Of a DNA stretch of 64,000 nt, positions 61,222 through 64,000 are shown piece after piece. The stretch is from contig NC_058383.1 of the NCBI RefSeq assembly GCF_018350175.1, positions 12,092,001-12,156,000 on the forward strand, written 5' to 3'. Within the stretch, counting starts at the first letter, position 1; every line of letters begins with the position of its first letter. Origin of the DNA: Felis catus (taxonomy: Eukaryota). The position numbers and the translations under genes are program-made. The notes under the pieces were generated by a model. That model was not told the DNA's origin. It saw only the letters and a list, made by a program, of their open reading frames with translations, and searched no databases.

Positions 61222-61693
61222 AAAAAGTGGAAACAACCCAAATGCCCATCATTTGATGAACAGGTATATTAACTGTGGTAGATCCATACGATGGAATATA
61301 ATTCAGCCATAACAAGGAATGAAGAACTAGCCCCTGCTTCGACATGGACGAACCTTGAGTACACTATGCTAAGTGACAAAAGCCAATCGCAAAACTACCC
61401 ACGCATTTTATGATGGCATTCATAGAATTTCCGGAGTAGGCAAATCCATAGAGCCAGAAAATAGACTGGTGGTTGCCAGGGGCTGGGGGACTTGGGGTAG
61501 AAGTGAGAGAGACAACAGAGGAGTTTAGGATTTCTTCTGGAGAAGACTAAAAAGTTCCAAAATGGATTTTTGGTGATGGTTGCACGAAACGTTGAATCCA
61601 ATGAAGCCTTTGGATTGTACACTTGAAAACAATGCATTGCATGGTCCATGAATTACATCTTCATAAAGCTGTTTTTAAAAATCAAGCAGAATT

Positions 61694-61910
61694 GGGGCGC
61701 CTGGGTGGCTCAGTCGGTTAAGCGTCCGACTTCAGTTCAGGTCACGATCTCGCGGTCCGTGAGTTCGAGCCCCGCGTCGGGCTCTGTGCTGACTGCTCAG
61801 AGCCTGGAGCCTGTTTCAGATTCTGTGTCTCCCTCTCTCTCTGACCCTGCCCCATTCATGCTCTGTCTCTCTCTGTCTCAAAAATAAATGTTAAAAAAAA
61901 ATTTTTTTTA
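61694..61910 (+). mobile_element. Feline CAN-SINE
   Basis: TSD AAAAATCAAGCAGAAT at 61677-61692 and 61911-61926. Confidence 0.96.
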
Positions 61911-63138
61911 AAAAATCAAGCAGAATCTAACTGGACTCGTTTGGAGCCTAGATACAATTGATTGACATTAAAGAATCTGACATCAATTTCTCGCATTTCT
62001 CTGGTATCCTGCACGGTTTTATCGTCCCGATCGTGACGATCATCGGAATCTGCCTAGTATTTCAGAAACGGGAGTACATGTCTGAGTCCTTTGTAAACTC
62101 TGATGCCCTGGCAAGCAGTTATCTTGTCTGATTCATCTCCCTCAAATCTCTGAATCTAAAGAACCCAGCCCTGAGTGGGTGTGTTATCTGATACTCATAT
62201 CAAACATATCGTGGCGCCTCGGCTTTGCAGCAGGATCCCACTCGGAGGGGGAAGGTTGCCTTAACATTCTTACTAGATGCAGGCAGAGTGACCAGAGGCT
62301 CTGACCCTGGAATAGTTATCAGACAGCTTCAGGAGGGGTTCACCCTCCATCTCTGGGTCTTAATATTTTCTCCCCCACCTTGTCTGTTTGGGGAGAAATC
62401 AGACACTCAAAACAGGGAGGGTAGAAAAAGGCTGATCGTAAAAATTGAGCCCAAAGTCTGATTTCTTTTCCTCCTAGAATATAAGCCAATGTCTATGATA
62501 CCTTTCAGGCTGGAAGTATAGGAGCAGTCGGAGATCCTGGGGACTCCCAGGTTTCTGGCTCCTCGAGTATTTCCCCATCATGAATGGGACTCTACTTGTC
62601 ACCATGGCTTTGAGGCAGATTTCACGATTACAAAGATTTGCACGCTGAAACTTCCGCGACCAAAGAGGGGCCCACAAGCCCAAATGCCTAGAGTTTATAC
62701 AGCCTTATATCACGTCTTAAGTTAAAATTCAAGGTTGATTCGCCCTGCTGTACTCAAGATTCATTACTGATGTAAAAATTAAGACACGATTGCTGGGGTG
62801 TAACTTGCTAAGTTTGGTTTCATTAGACGATGGTTCTCAGGATACTGTGTATCATTGTTTTATTTAATGACTCATTCAACAAAGGCTACTCAAAAGCCGC
62901 GCTGTATTATACAAAAATTAACTAAAATTGAATCATGGGTTTAAATGTAAAACTATAAAGTTTTCAGAAAAGTCATATGGGAAAATAATTAGGGACCTAA
63001 AGGTAGGCAAAGAATTCTCAGACTCGACACCAGAGCACAGGCAATAAAAGAAAAATATAATAATAAATTGAATATCGTAAAATTAAAGTTTTCTGCTCTG
63101 CAAAAGATCCTGGTAAGAGGATAAAACGAAAAGCTACA

Positions 63139-63357
63139 GGGGCGCCTGGGTGGCTCAGTCGGTTAAGAGTCCGGCTTCGGCTCAGGTCATGATCTCGCGG
63201 TCCGTGAGCTCGAGCCCCACATCGGGCTCTGTGCTGCCAGCTCGGAGCTTGGAGCCTGCTTCCGATTCTGTGTCTCCCTCTCTCTCTGCCCCTCCCCTGC
63301 TCATGCTCTGTCTCTCTCTCTCAAAATAAATAAAGATTTTTAAAAATTAAAAAAAAA
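63139..63357 (+). mobile_element. Feline CAN-SINE
   Basis: Full body; TSD core AAGCTACA. Confidence 0.95.
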
Positions 63358-63744
63358 GAAGAAGAAGCTACAGCCTGGGAGAAAATACTTTCAAGCCACA
63401 TATCTGACAAAGGGTTAAGCTAAAGCACTCTCAGAACTCCAAAAAATCCAGCAGTGCGATTTGAAAACGGGCAAAAGACACAAAGAGACATTTCACCAAA
63501 GATGGCAAGGGAGCGTATGGAAAGGAGCCCAACATCATTATCCATCAGCGAAGTGCAAACCAACAGCATCAGTAGAGATCAACGTACATCTGCCATAATA
63601 GCTAAAATAAAATAAAAATAGTGACAATACCGAATGCTGATGAGGATTCAGACAAATGGGAGCCTTCATACGTTGCTGTGGGAACGTAAAATAATACAGC
63701 TACTCTTGACTCTGGTGGTGGATACACAGACCTACAAAGAACTC

Positions 63745-63747
<3 letters not shown>

Positions 63748-63785
<38 letters not shown>
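63748..63785. repeat. (CA)n microsatellite
   Basis: About 19 perfect units. Confidence 0.98.
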
Positions 63786-63786
<1 letters not shown>

Positions 63787-64000
63787 AGCAAGTAAAACTT
63801 GGAACATCTAAATAAAGGCAATGGATTGTATCTATGTGAATCTGCTGGTTGTGATGTTCTACGATCGTTCAGCATGGTTTTACCATTGGGGAAAACTAGG
63901 TAAACGGTGTGTAGAATCACTCTTTATTATGTGAATCAACAATTATTTTAGAGTAGAAAGGGTAATTAAAAAACAAAAACAAAAAACAGTCTACCATGTG

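Larger units (their letters stand above)
57300..61680 (+). mobile_element. Long decayed L1M (L1MB/MC-like): 5' region, endonuclease domain, most of RT deleted, 3' UTR
   Basis: Endonuclease-like ITLN..LN.P..QRLS, DPTIC, RFRDTKRLQVK motifs at ~58480-58630; 3' UTR TAGGCAAATCCATAGAG...GGTGGTTGCCAGGGGCTGGGGG. Confidence 0.88.
62895..63985 (+). mobile_element. Decayed L1M (L1MC-like) ORF2 3' part and 3' UTR
   Basis: TATACAAAAATTAACTAAAATTGAATCAT...CCACATATCTGACAAAGG...GTTTTACCATTGGGGAAAACTAGGTAAA. Confidence 0.85.

Noticed and set aside
951..61887. Recurrent peptides MAQSV...SSSPASGS and GAPGWRSRLSVRLQPGHDL as a gene family or CRISPR-like array
   Set aside because: These are translations of dispersed CAN-SINE copies with tails and TSDs; there is no regular repeat-spacer structure.
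140..63357. tRNA genes (A box TGGCTCAGTCGG, B box GTTCGAGCC)
   Set aside because: These are the tRNA-derived heads of CAN-SINEs, each followed by SINE body rather than a cloverleaf.
1..64000. Numt, processed pseudogene, internal ERV genes or a foreign insert
   Set aside because: No mitochondrial, gag/pol/env or cellular-protein similarity was recognised; a BLASTx/Dfam search would be needed to exclude highly diverged cases.

Overview
Mammalian genomic DNA from a felid (cat family). The assignment rests on about 35 tRNA-derived CAN-SINEs, including near-consensus copies of the young feline subfamily (GGGGCGCCTGGGTGGCGCAGTCGGTTAAGCGTCCGACTTCAGCCAGGTCACG...), and on carnivore-type L1 3' ends. 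Roughly half the window is interspersed repeat: CAN-SINEs, young and old L1 (long decayed + strand L1M blocks at about 3.6-6.1, 47.5-53.1, 57.3-61.7 and 62.9-64 kb), L2, MIR, MaLR/ERVL/ERV1 solo LTRs, and Tigger2 and MER5 DNA transposons. I recognise no protein-coding gene, structural RNA gene, CRISPR array or numt. The ORF track is explained by repeats or chance. The window looks intergenic or deep intronic, and I cannot support a novel biological system here. The observations most worth checking are: a twin-primed (5'-inverted) L1 with a ~1.4-1.5 kb junction gap; patches of strong CpG gain inside ancient repeats (possible GC-biased gene conversion); a candidate spliced terminal exon with a poly(A) signal at ~40.0-40.3 kb; a young SINE lacking a TSD; and a split, oppositely oriented MER68-like LTR. 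Subfamily names come from recalled consensus sequences, and boundaries of old repeats are approximate; both need RepeatMasker/Dfam confirmation.
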